Source of the DNA: a virus
Lineage: Duplodnaviria > Caudoviricetes
Reading direction: 5' to 3' (one strand)
DNA length: 33,454 nucleotides
Virus record (IMG/VR): IMGVR_UViG_3300044450_000311
Location: 1 to 33,454 of that record
Position numbers and translations under genes: made by a program. Every line of letters begins with the position of its first letter. The first letter of the stretch is position 1. Positions 24,548 to 32,263 of this stretch are shown here, in pieces. The notes under the pieces were generated by a model. It saw nothing but the letters and a program-made list of their open reading frames with translations. It had not been told where the DNA came from and ran no database searches.

Positions 24548-24905
24548 GCTCTCGCTCCTCGCTCCGGCGCGGCAGCGCGGCCAAGCCGTGCGCGAGCGCC
24601 GATCCGACACCCGGCAGCGCGGCGAAGCCGCGCGCGAGCGCCCACCCTCAAAATCCCCGTGACAATTTCGAGACCGCCGCTGTCGCACGTCTGTCATTGC
24701 CACCGTTGCGCGAGGCGGCGGCGGCGCAGCGCGCCGCGGGAAATTCGTTCGAATACGACCCGCGCGCGCACTCGGGACGGTTGATTTCGCGTAAAGGCGT
24801 GTCGCACACTTCCGCGTGTAGGACCGAGGCCGCGCGGCGCACCGCCGGAGCCCCGGCGAGACAGCGACGGGGAAGGGCGTTATGGGAAGACCGCAAGGCC
24901 ATGGA

Positions 24906-25223
24906 TCAGCCGCCCGCCTGCCGAAGGGCTGGCGCCTCATCGCCGGGGGGCGGCCCGGCCCGGCCGAGGGCCGGCAAGGGAATGTCCGGCAGGTCGTAGA
25001 AGTCGTTGGGCGTGATCTGGCCGCCGGTGAAGACGTAGATCGCGATCATCACGCTCGGCTCGGGCCGGCGGAAATCCGGGTGCGCAAGCGGAAGCCGGTA
25101 ACGATAGGCAGCCTGGCGCGTTACCTTGCAGGCCGCCGCCAGCGCCGGCACCTTCACGTCGTTCTGCTTCAGCCAGCGCGCCAAGGCGCTATATGTCTCC
25201 ACCACGGCGACACACCCCACCAT
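24906..25223 (-). CDS. Cro-like HTH regulator, about 105 aa
   Basis: LARWLKQNDVKVPALAAACKVTRQAAYRY...RRP...IYVFTGGQITPNDFY; divergent from the repressor. Confidence 0.85.
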   Translation of the reverse strand: MVGCVAVVETYSALARWLKQNDVKVPALAAACKVTRQAAYRYRLPLAHPDFRRPEPSVMIAIYVFTGGQITPNDFYDLPDIPLPALGRAGPPPGDEAPALRQAGG

Positions 25224-25341
25224 ATCTTGTGTGTTTTGCTACGTAACCGATCCGGCTACCTTCGTCAAATGGAAATGGCTACGCGCGGCTACCGCGATGT
25301 TGCCGCTCCGGCGGTTGCCGTCTTGTCGCCGTTGCGGCGAC
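25195..25341. promoter_or_regulatory. Right operator region: 17-bp palindromic sites GTNNCC-N5-GGCNAC
   Basis: GTCTCC-accac-GGCGAC (25195), GTAACC-gatcc-GGCTAC (25243), GTCGCC-gttgc-GGCGAC (25325); weaker site at 25299; minus-strand TTGACG -35 at 25268-25263. Confidence 0.65.
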
Positions 25342-25349
25342 GTAGCGGC

Positions 25350-25880
25350 ATGCCATCCAAGCAACCCCCGAATCGCATCCGCGAACACCGTCTCCGCCGG
25401 GGCTGGGGCGTCGAAGAGCTGGCCGCACGGCTCGACACGACGCGCCAAACGGTGTGGAAGCTCGAAACCGGCAAACGTCAGCTCAAGCCGAAGTGGCTTC
25501 AGCTGCTGTCCCAGGCTTTCGCGCTGCCGCAGGGCGCGTTCCTGGTCGAGACCTTCGGCATGGCCGAGTCTGACGCCGGCCTTGCATATGAAGAAACGGC
25601 CGTGCCGCGTGACGTCGCGCCGCCTTTGGACGAGGCGGAGTTTTTCGCCGACGTCCAGGAAGCCCTACGCCAGCTCTATGCGGAGGAGCGGGTGCCGATC
25701 AGTTCGCGCGAGCTGGCGAAGGCCGCGTTCGACGCCTTTGCGGAGATCGTGGCCGAGCACGACGATCAGGACGCACGCGACCACGCCCTCGGCCTGGACC
25801 TCAAGGCCAGGCGCCGCTTCATTCGTGCGCACCGGGCCGAGCTTTTGACGCAACAATCGGCAGGCCGTCGCTCGGCGTAA
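25350..25880 (+). CDS. XRE-family HTH prophage repressor (CI-like, no S24 peptidase domain), 176 aa
   Basis: NRIREHRLRRGWGVEELAARLDTTRQTVWKLETGKRQL HTH_3 motif; divergent from cro and flanked by operators. Confidence 0.88.
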   Translation: MPSKQPPNRIREHRLRRGWGVEELAARLDTTRQTVWKLETGKRQLKPKWLQLLSQAFALPQGAFLVETFGMAESDAGLAYEETAVPRDVAPPLDEAEFFADVQEALRQLYAEERVPISSRELAKAAFDAFAEIVAEHDDQDARDHALGLDLKARRRFIRAHRAELLTQQSAGRRSA

Positions 25881-25898
25881 CCTTCGCCACGGACGAAG

Positions 25899-25954
25899 GT
25901 TACCTTTCCGGCAACATTTTCCTCTTGCCTTCGATGTCGCCATAACGGTAACGT
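25899..25954 (+). promoter_or_regulatory. Left operator/promoter (OL/PL-like) for the plus-strand early operon
   Basis: GTTACC-tttcc-GGCAAC (25899) and GTCGCC-ataac-GGTAAC (25936); TTGCCT-N18-TAACGT (25925-25954) overlaps the second site. Confidence 0.62.
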
Positions 25955-26142
25955 CGCCCCACGTCGCGACGTACGCCGTACGCCGGAGCCTCCGGTCAGG
26001 CGCGCCAGCGACCCCGGCGGCAGGCTTCCTGTCTTCCATCGTCTCCCCGCCGCCGGCCCTGCAACCCCAGCCAGCCCCGGCCGCGCTTTGCCCCCCACGA
26101 CGGCGCGGCCGGGGCGCCAGGGAGACCGGCGGATGCGTGGTG

Positions 26143-26388
26143 CTACTCCAGTTCGGGATCGGGCGGTGCAGTGTCCGGAAGGGCGTCCGCCTGTTCGGCT
26201 GTTCGTCGCAGAGCGTCGGCCAGGTCTCTCGCGTCTTGAGATGACAACGTCCCGCGAAGGCGGCGCTCCAAGCTTTCTGTTTCTAGATCCAGAACACGCA
26301 CTTCTAGTCCAACGAATCCTCTGGCGAGGACTTCGACCGAAGTGCCGCGCACCGTTGGGAACGCGTCTTCGTCTCGGTCTGCGTGCAT
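26143..26388 (-). CDS. Small antisense-oriented hypothetical protein, 81 aa
   Basis: Strong SD AGGAGGT 6 nt before ATG 26388; MHADRDEDAFPTVRGTSVEVLARGFVGLEVRV...LSSQDARDLADALRRTAEQ; locally lower GC. Confidence 0.65.
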   Translation of the reverse strand: MHADRDEDAFPTVRGTSVEVLARGFVGLEVRVLDLETESLERRLRGTLSSQDARDLADALRRTAEQADALPDTAPPDPELE

Positions 26389-26508
26389 GCGCGGACCTCC
26401 TGCTGTTGGTGGCTTGGCAGCTCCGACAGTAGGACGCCCCGGCCGGCGCGCGCCAGAGCGCTCGACGCCGGCCGGGGTTTCTCTCCACGACACACCGGGA
26501 GATTCGAC

Positions 26509-27081
26509 ATGCCTCCGCTTTCTCGCACCCGACACGCCCGCGCCGCTGCCCTGCTCGCGGCGACCCTCGGCCTCGCCGCCACGTCCCTGTCTCAGCCCGC
26601 CCAGGCCCAGGGCATCGCCCAGGCCCAGAACCCGGCCCCGGCGCGGCAGCGCGTCGAAGACGCGCGCGAGCGCCAAGACATCCCCCTTACCCGGCAGCGC
26701 GTCGAAGACGCGCGCGAGCGCCGAAACAACCCCTCCAGGCTCGTGCCCTTCTGCACGCGCTTGAGCGACATCCGCAGCGTCCTCGACCTGCCCCAGACCG
26801 CCGATCGCCGCGCCGTGCGCCGCGTCGAGGCCCTGGAGGCCGCCGGCCGCTGCGCCTTCGACGCCGCCGCCGACGTGTCCGCCGACACGGCGGCGCGCGA
26901 AACCGGCGCGGACACGGGGCCCGACGTCGTCCTGCGCTACGGCCCCCGCCCGACCCGCCGGCTGGAGGGCGGCGCCGCCCTGGTCGCCGGCCGCCCGGCC
27001 CTGCTGGTCGTCCGCGCCACCCATCCGGCCCTGGGCCCCGGCTACGCCTGGTGCGTCCCGGCCGAGTGCGGCGCGGAGTGA
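26509..27081 (+). CDS. Putative exported protein with signal peptide, 190 aa
   Basis: GGGAGA RBS; basic N-region, hydrophobic AAALLAATLGLAA, AQA cleavage-like site; four Cys; internal RQRVEDARER duplication. Confidence 0.7.
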   Translation: MPPLSRTRHARAAALLAATLGLAATSLSQPAQAQGIAQAQNPAPARQRVEDARERQDIPLTRQRVEDARERRNNPSRLVPFCTRLSDIRSVLDLPQTADRRAVRRVEALEAAGRCAFDAAADVSADTAARETGADTGPDVVLRYGPRPTRRLEGGAALVAGRPALLVVRATHPALGPGYAWCVPAECGAE

Positions 27082-27086
27082 GCGGC

Positions 27087-27638
27087 ATGGCCTTTAACGA
27101 GATCGCCCCGCGGCCCAACGCCGCCAAGCCGCCGCTGGTGGACCGCGTCGACCTGCGCCTGCGTCGCGCCGGCCGGCGGGTCGAGGCCGAGTTCGTCGTC
27201 TCCCACGACCTGATCGACCGGCTCGGCCTCGGCGCCGGCGGCCGCGTCCGCCTCTACTGGGGAGACGGCTCCGACCGGGGCGCCGTCCTGCTGCTGCCCA
27301 CGGCCGAGCCGGACAAGGGCCGGAAGGTGGCGCCCCGGCGCGGCCGGCGGGGCCACACCCGCGTCGGCTTCTCGATCATGCCCCCTTGGCTGGAGGACGC
27401 GGCCCGCCGGCTTTTCGCGCCGGGCAAGGGCATGCGGGCGCCGTGCGGGCACGCCGTCTCCACCTTCCGGGGCGAGACCGCCCTGTTCGTGGAGCTGCCG
27501 CCGCATCTGGCCCGGGAGGACCTGGGGCCGGGCGGCTCCGCCGTGGCGGAATCCGCGCACCCCGCGCCGGGGCGCGGGCTTCACGACTTCGTCGATGTCT
27601 TCTTCGACGCGCCGCCCCTGGAGGTGCGTGGCCGATGA
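27087..27638 (+). CDS. Hypothetical protein, 183 aa
   Basis: GGAG RBS; directly after the previous stop; ATGA overlap with the next gene. Confidence 0.7.
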   Translation: MAFNEIAPRPNAAKPPLVDRVDLRLRRAGRRVEAEFVVSHDLIDRLGLGAGGRVRLYWGDGSDRGAVLLLPTAEPDKGRKVAPRRGRRGHTRVGFSIMPPWLEDAARRLFAPGKGMRAPCGHAVSTFRGETALFVELPPHLAREDLGPGGSAVAESAHPAPGRGLHDFVDVFFDAPPLEVRGR

Positions 27639-29656
27639 GCACCGCCACCGCACCCGCTACCACCGCCGCCACCGACCGCCCGGACGACCTCGCCCCCTTC
27701 CGCGCCCTGCTCGCCGAGCTGGTCGAGCGGCACAAGGGCCAGCGCGGGCTCGGGCGCGCCACCGGCGTCAACCAGGCCTTCATCGGCAAGCTGCTGCGCG
27801 GCGAGCAGCGCCCCGGCCTGGACACGCTGAACAAGATCGCCGCGGCCTGCGGCTACACGGTGGAGGAGCTGCTGGCCGGCGAACGCCGCCGCCCGCCGGC
27901 GGAGGCGAAGCCCTACGCCGGGCTGCAACTCGACCAGATCCTGGTGGTGCGCAACGCGCGCGAGAGCTTCGACGCCGAGGCGATCGAGGAGCTGGCCGCC
28001 TCGATCTTCGAGAACGGCCTGCTGCAGGCCGTGCTGGTCTCCCCCGACATCCTCGCCGCCGCCGGCGCGGCGGCAGCCGCCGAAACGACGAGCGCTGCCG
28101 CACCCGACGCCACCCCCGCAACGACTCCCGACGGCCGCCCCCTGCTCGGCCTGGTCGCCGGCGAGCGCCGCTACCGCGCGCTCTGCCTGCTGGCCGAGCG
28201 CGACCCGGCCTGGTTCGCCGCCGCCTTCGGCCCCGACAGCCCCGGCGGCGGCGTCCCCCACGTGGTGCGCCGCTACGCCGACCCGGCGGCCGCCCTGATC
28301 GACGGCCTGACCGAGAACCTGGCGCGCCGCGACATCTCCGCCGCCGAGCTGACCCTGGGCCTGGTCGAGGCCCAGGCGGCGACCGGCCTGGACGACGCCA
28401 CCCTGGCCCGCCGCCTCGGCCGCGGCGTCTCCCAGGTCCAGCAGCACCTGCGCATCGCCCGCCGCCTGCCCGAGCGCGACCCCCAAGCCTGGGCCGACTA
28501 CCGCGCCGGCAGGCTGCTCTTCGTCAAGGCCCGCGAGCTCTCCATGGACGCCCGCCCCCCGGCCGAGCTGCCCGACGGTTCGCACGCCGACGACACACAG
28601 CCCGCCGACACCCCCTCCCCCCTTCATCCTGAGGAGCCCTCGGCCCCGGCCGAGGGCGTCTCGAAGGACGCGGCGCAGGACACCGAGCGCGCCCCGGCGC
28701 CCGGCGAGGCGAACGAGCACGGCGTGATCCGCCCGACGGAGATTGTCACTGTCTGGCGCGGACATTGGCCCAACATGTTCGCCTCCATCGTGCTGGCCGA
28801 ATCCGAGGATGGCTGGCGCTGGCAGGCCAATTGGGGCTTGTCCAGTCGCGGGCGCGGCGGCCCGATCAAGGTCGAAGACGCACCCCTTGCCACCCGTGAA
28901 GGAGCCGTCCAAGCCGCCGCGGCCGAGCTCGGCGCGGCGCTCCAGCAGCTTGCGACGCACGCCGGGACGCTCCGCGAGGATCGCCGCCACGCCCGCAGCG
29001 TGCTGCACGCCCTCTCCCACTATCTCGGGCCGGACGACCGCGCCCTGGCGGTGATCCCGGACGACCCGGAGCCGAAGCGCCCGGCGATGCAGGCGGACAC
29101 CGGCCTCGACCTCGACCCCGGCACGGAGCAGGACTTCGAGGACGACGAGGACGAGGACGGCCCGCCGCGGCCGCTCCGCGACCCTGCCGTCCCGCCGCCG
29201 CCCTGCTCCCTGGATGCCCTGCGCATGGCGCTGGCGCACCCGGACCCGCACGACGCCGGCGCCGGCATGCGGCCCGAGCTGGTCGCCCTGGCGCTGGCGG
29301 TGGACGCCCTCGCCCACGCCACCGACCTGGTCGCCATCGAGCCCGGCCACGAGCCGCACCACCGCGCCGCCGTCGAGCAGGCCAGCCAGCCCAACCCGAC
29401 CCTGGAGGCGCGCCTGTGGAGCGTCTGGCGCGAGTTCGCCGGCCTGCCCAGCCGCGCCGACCGCCTGCGGCACCTGATCGAGCTTGGCCGCGCTGACCTC
29501 GCCGGCCTGCTCGCGCTGCTGCGGCAGGTCGTCGCCGTCCGCCTCGGCCCGCTCGACCCGACGCCCGGCCAGGAGCTGCTGCGCCTGCTCGCTACCGAGC
29601 TGGGCGTGCCGCTCATCGAAACCGCCACCGACCCGGAGGGCCAGCCCGATGCCTGA
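27635..29656 (+). CDS. XRE-HTH plus ParB/RepB/Spo0J domain fusion protein, 673 aa
   Basis: N-terminal QRGLGRATGVNQAFIGKLLRGEQRPGLDTLNKIA; ParB motifs NARESFD.EAIEELAASIFENGLLQAVLV, LVAGERRYRA, ENLARRDIS. Confidence 0.9.
   Translation: MSTATAPATTAATDRPDDLAPFRALLAELVERHKGQRGLGRATGVNQAFIGKLLRGEQRPGLDTLNKIAAACGYTVEELLAGERRRPPAEAKPYAGLQLDQILVVRNARESFDAEAIEELAASIFENGLLQAVLVSPDILAAAGAAAAAETTSAAAPDATPATTPDGRPLLGLVAGERRYRALCLLAERDPAWFAAAFGPDSPGGGVPHVVRRYADPAAALIDGLTENLARRDISAAELTLGLVEAQAATGLDDATLARRLGRGVSQVQQHLRIARRLPERDPQAWADYRAGRLLFVKARELSMDARPPAELPDGSHADDTQPADTPSPLHPEEPSAPAEGVSKDAAQDTERAPAPGEANEHGVIRPTEIVTVWRGHWPNMFASIVLAESEDGWRWQANWGLSSRGRGGPIKVEDAPLATREGAVQAAAAELGAALQQLATHAGTLREDRRHARSVLHALSHYLGPDDRALAVIPDDPEPKRPAMQADTGLDLDPGTEQDFEDDEDEDGPPRPLRDPAVPPPPCSLDALRMALAHPDPHDAGAGMRPELVALALAVDALAHATDLVAIEPGHEPHHRAAVEQASQPNPTLEARLWSVWREFAGLPSRADRLRHLIELGRADLAGLLALLRQVVAVRLGPLDPTPGQELLRLLATELGVPLIETATDPEGQPDA
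28622..28670. repeat. REP-like palindromic element, copy 1 (in frame within the ParB fusion)
   Basis: CTTCATCCTGAGGAGCCCTCGGCC-CC-GGCCGAGGGCGTCTCGAAGGACG; near-identical copy at 30226. Confidence 0.8.
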
Positions 29657-29837
29657 GCCGCTCGACCCGACCGACTGGCGCGCCTTCTGCGCCTGCCACG
29701 GCTGGCCGGCGGACACGCCGGTCCCCTCCGACGACACCCGCGACCTGCTGGTCCTGCTGGACCGCGAGGCGCCCTACGCCCTTTCGCCGGCCGGCCGCAC
29801 GCTGGCCGCCATGCTGGAGGACAAGGGATATGGCTGA
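29649..29837 (+). CDS. Hypothetical protein, 62 aa
   Basis: GGAGG RBS; overlaps the flanking genes by 8 nt at each end. Confidence 0.65.
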   Translation: MPEPLDPTDWRAFCACHGWPADTPVPSDDTRDLLVLLDREAPYALSPAGRTLAAMLEDKGYG

Positions 29838-30300
29838 GATCGTGCCCCTCACGCCGCATCTGCCGGCGCCCTCCGGCCTCGGGCGCGAGGTCGCGGCCTA
29901 TGCCCAGCCGGGGCGCGTCTGCGCCTCCCGGCTGGCGGACGACGCGCACGACTTCTGGCTGTGCGGCCGCGTGCTGCGCGACACGGTGGACGAGGCCCTG
30001 CGCGCCCGCGCCTGGCGCGCCGGGGCGCCGGTGCCGGGCCCGCGCGAGTGCCTGCAGATCCTGCGCGCGATCCTGCCGCTGCACGCCGACCCGGCCGCCC
30101 TCTGCGCCGGCCGCCCCGAGCCGCCCCTGGCCGCCCGCATCCGCGCCCTCACGGCCGGCTGGCACGCCGCCGAGCTGCACGCCCGGCGCCAAACGGCCGG
30201 CACCGCCGGCCGCGCCCTCTCCCCTCTTCATCCTGAGGAGCCCTCGGCCCCGGCCGAGAGCGTCTCGAAGGACGACCCTGCCCTGGAGATGGAGCCATGA
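29830..30300 (+). CDS. Hypothetical protein, 156 aa
   Basis: RBS-like AAGGGA/GGAGG; coupled to neighbours. Confidence 0.65.
   Translation: MAEIVPLTPHLPAPSGLGREVAAYAQPGRVCASRLADDAHDFWLCGRVLRDTVDEALRARAWRAGAPVPGPRECLQILRAILPLHADPAALCAGRPEPPLAARIRALTAGWHAAELHARRQTAGTAGRALSPLHPEEPSAPAESVSKDDPALEMEP
30226..30274. repeat. REP-like palindromic element, copy 2 (in frame in the 156-aa ORF)
   Basis: One mismatch to 28622-28670 over 49 nt. Confidence 0.8.
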
Positions 30301-30461
30301 CCTGGCTCTTCCCCCTCGGCGTGGCGTTCGGCCTGCTGCTGGCGCTGATCCTCGCCTGCATGCGCCGCGAGCTGGCCGGCGTGCTGACCCAGGCCCGCGA
30401 CGCCCCGGCAGCGGACGATACCCCGCACGACGAGCTTCCCGAGCAGGAGACCGAGACATGA
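30297..30461 (+). CDS. Small single-pass membrane protein, 54 aa
   Basis: Not in ORF track; MTWLFPLGVAFGLLLALILACMRRELAG...EQETET; ATGA overlaps at both ends. Confidence 0.7.
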   Translation: MTWLFPLGVAFGLLLALILACMRRELAGVLTQARDAPAADDTPHDELPEQETET

Positions 30462-30946
30462 GCCTGGCCTACCGCACCAACCCGACGGAGCTGCCGGCCG
30501 AACGGGCGCCCGCCTGGCTCGACCCGCTCTGGCATGACGGCGCCCCCGGCGACACCCCGGCCGCCGGCCGCGCCCCCCGGCCGCCGCGCGACCTCTGGCC
30601 GCGCCCGCTGCGGCGCCTGACGGCGGCGGAGTGGGAGCTCTACTGGGTCATCCTCGCCCAGGCGCGCCGCGTGCAGGAAACCGGCCACTTCGAAGGCCGC
30701 CTGCCGAGCGACGGCTGCCTGATTCGCCGCGCCGGGCTGGCGGGCCAGCCGCCGATGAACGCGCTGCTGGCCGGTCTGGCGCGCCTGCACGACGGCGGCC
30801 TGCTCGACCAGATCGGCCACCTTCCGCGGCGTCGCGCCCTGCTGGTGCCCCTGCCCGACCTCGCCGCCGGCCCGCTCGACCTCGCCGAGGACGCCTACGA
30901 CCCCGGCGCCTGGTCCGGCCCCGTCGCCCTCCGGCAGATGGGCTAG
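30458..30946 (+). CDS. Hypothetical protein (possible winged-helix), 162 aa
   Basis: AGGAGA RBS and ATGA overlap; LTAAEWELYWVIL...LARLHDGGLL pattern. Confidence 0.65.
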   Translation: MSLAYRTNPTELPAERAPAWLDPLWHDGAPGDTPAAGRAPRPPRDLWPRPLRRLTAAEWELYWVILAQARRVQETGHFEGRLPSDGCLIRRAGLAGQPPMNALLAGLARLHDGGLLDQIGHLPRRRALLVPLPDLAAGPLDLAEDAYDPGAWSGPVALRQMG

Positions 30947-30951
30947 CGGCG

Positions 30952-31278
30952 ATGAAGCGCAGGACCCTGGCCGAGGAGTGGGACCGCTACCACCGCACGC
31001 TCTACGACGGGCGCCTGACCGGCGCGCAGTTGCGCGAGGTGAAGCAGGCCTTCTATGCCGGCTTCCAGACCTTCTACACCATGGCGCTGGTCAACGCCGA
31101 TCGCGACGACCCGGAGGCGGAGGTGGCGTTCTTCGAGGGCATCGACCGCGAGCTGCAGGCCTTCGCCGAGCACACCGTTCGCGGCGCGGCGAACGAGTCC
31201 GCGCCGCCGGCGCCCGGCCCGAAGTCGCCCAACCCCAGTTCTCCCGGCCCCACGCCGTCTGGCCCGAAGCCCCACTGA
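30952..31278 (+). CDS. Hypothetical phage protein, 108 aa
   Basis: EW..Y...QLREVKQAFYAG...ELQAF pattern; follows the previous stop by 5 nt. Confidence 0.7.
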   Translation: MKRRTLAEEWDRYHRTLYDGRLTGAQLREVKQAFYAGFQTFYTMALVNADRDDPEAEVAFFEGIDRELQAFAEHTVRGAANESAPPAPGPKSPNPSSPGPTPSGPKPH

Positions 31279-31326
31279 CCCCACGCCGGCCGGGGACGTG
31301 GCCGGCATCCGCGAAAGGCACGACCC

Positions 31327-31683
31327 ATGCCCATGACCGAAAACCCGATCGAGGCCGCCTATCGGCTTCCCGTGACCGTCGTGCAGGAATTGCCCGGCGG
31401 CGTCGAACACGTCTACTTCGGCACCCGCATCACCTTGGAGGACGTCGACCTGGCGACCGCGCGGCGGCACGCCCAGCCGCACGTCCGCCTGCGCACGCCC
31501 GAGGGCACCGATATCCTGCTAGGCCCGGACGACTACCAGCGCCTGCACGTGCTGGAGCCCTACCGCCAGAACGTCTTCGTCGGCAACTTGGCGCCGCGCG
31601 TCTCCCGGGACAGAAAGTGCGACACGCTCCAAGTCCCGCCGCGCGAGACCGAGGACGGGCGCCAGGGCGCCCCGGCCGCCTGA
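31327..31683 (+). CDS. Hypothetical protein, 118 aa
   Basis: AAAGG RBS; protein-like composition. Confidence 0.65.
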   Translation: MPMTENPIEAAYRLPVTVVQELPGGVEHVYFGTRITLEDVDLATARRHAQPHVRLRTPEGTDILLGPDDYQRLHVLEPYRQNVFVGNLAPRVSRDRKCDTLQVPPRETEDGRQGAPAA

Positions 31684-31699
31684 GCGGCCGGCTCCGCCG

Positions 31700-32014
31700 A
31701 TGACCGCTGCACGACCCCAGCCCCGCCTGCCGGAGGCACGGATCCTGACCTCGCCGCGCCAGGTGGCGGCGCGGCTGGGGCGCAGCGAGACCTGGTTCGT
31801 CCAGCACAAGGCCGCGCTCGAGGCGGCGGGCTTCCCGCGGCGCGACGCGCTGCTCGACGGCTGGGACCTGGCGGCGATCGACGCCTGGATCGACCGCCGC
31901 GCCGGCGCGCTGCTGGCGCACCGCCTGCGCCCGGCCCTTGCGTCCGCCGCCGCCGCCGCCGAGGATGACGCCTCCAACCCCTACGACCAGCTGCTCGGGA
32001 GCGCTGCGGGATGA
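31700..32014 (+). CDS. Excisionase/AlpA-like HTH protein, 104 aa
   Basis: ILTSPRQVAARLGRSETWF...GFP...WDLAAIDAWID; near the integrase. Confidence 0.75.
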   Translation: MTAARPQPRLPEARILTSPRQVAARLGRSETWFVQHKAALEAAGFPRRDALLDGWDLAAIDAWIDRRAGALLAHRLRPALASAAAAAEDDASNPYDQLLGSAAG

Positions 32015-32256
32015 GTGACGACACCTGGCTGATCGACTTCGATCGCTACGACCGCCTGCTGCAGACGATCGAGCTCCCTCCGCTGCGCAGCGTGACCATC
32101 ACGAACCAGGGCTTGGGGGACGTTCGCGTGCCCCTCGCCTTCCGGGGCGACCGCCGGGGCGGAGTCGTCGCCCTCGACGGCCGCACGCAGACCGTCCGGC
32201 CCGGCGGCAAGGTCGAGGTGCCTGTCGTGACGGCCAGCCGCCGCACGGCCAACTAG
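32011..32256 (+). CDS. Hypothetical protein, 81 aa
   Basis: ATGA overlap; fills the gap before the integrase. Confidence 0.55.
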   Translation: MSDDTWLIDFDRYDRLLQTIELPPLRSVTITNQGLGDVRVPLAFRGDRRGGVVALDGRTQTVRPGGKVEVPVVTASRRTAN

Positions 32257-32263
32257 CGGAAAG

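Noticed and set aside
24648-24902. 84-aa ORF as a CII-like activator
   Set aside because: No HTH pattern, atypical codon usage and no convincing RBS
27581-30459. Long minus-strand ORFs (27581..29737, 29020..30459)
   Set aside because: Shadows of the XRE-ParB fusion and its neighbours
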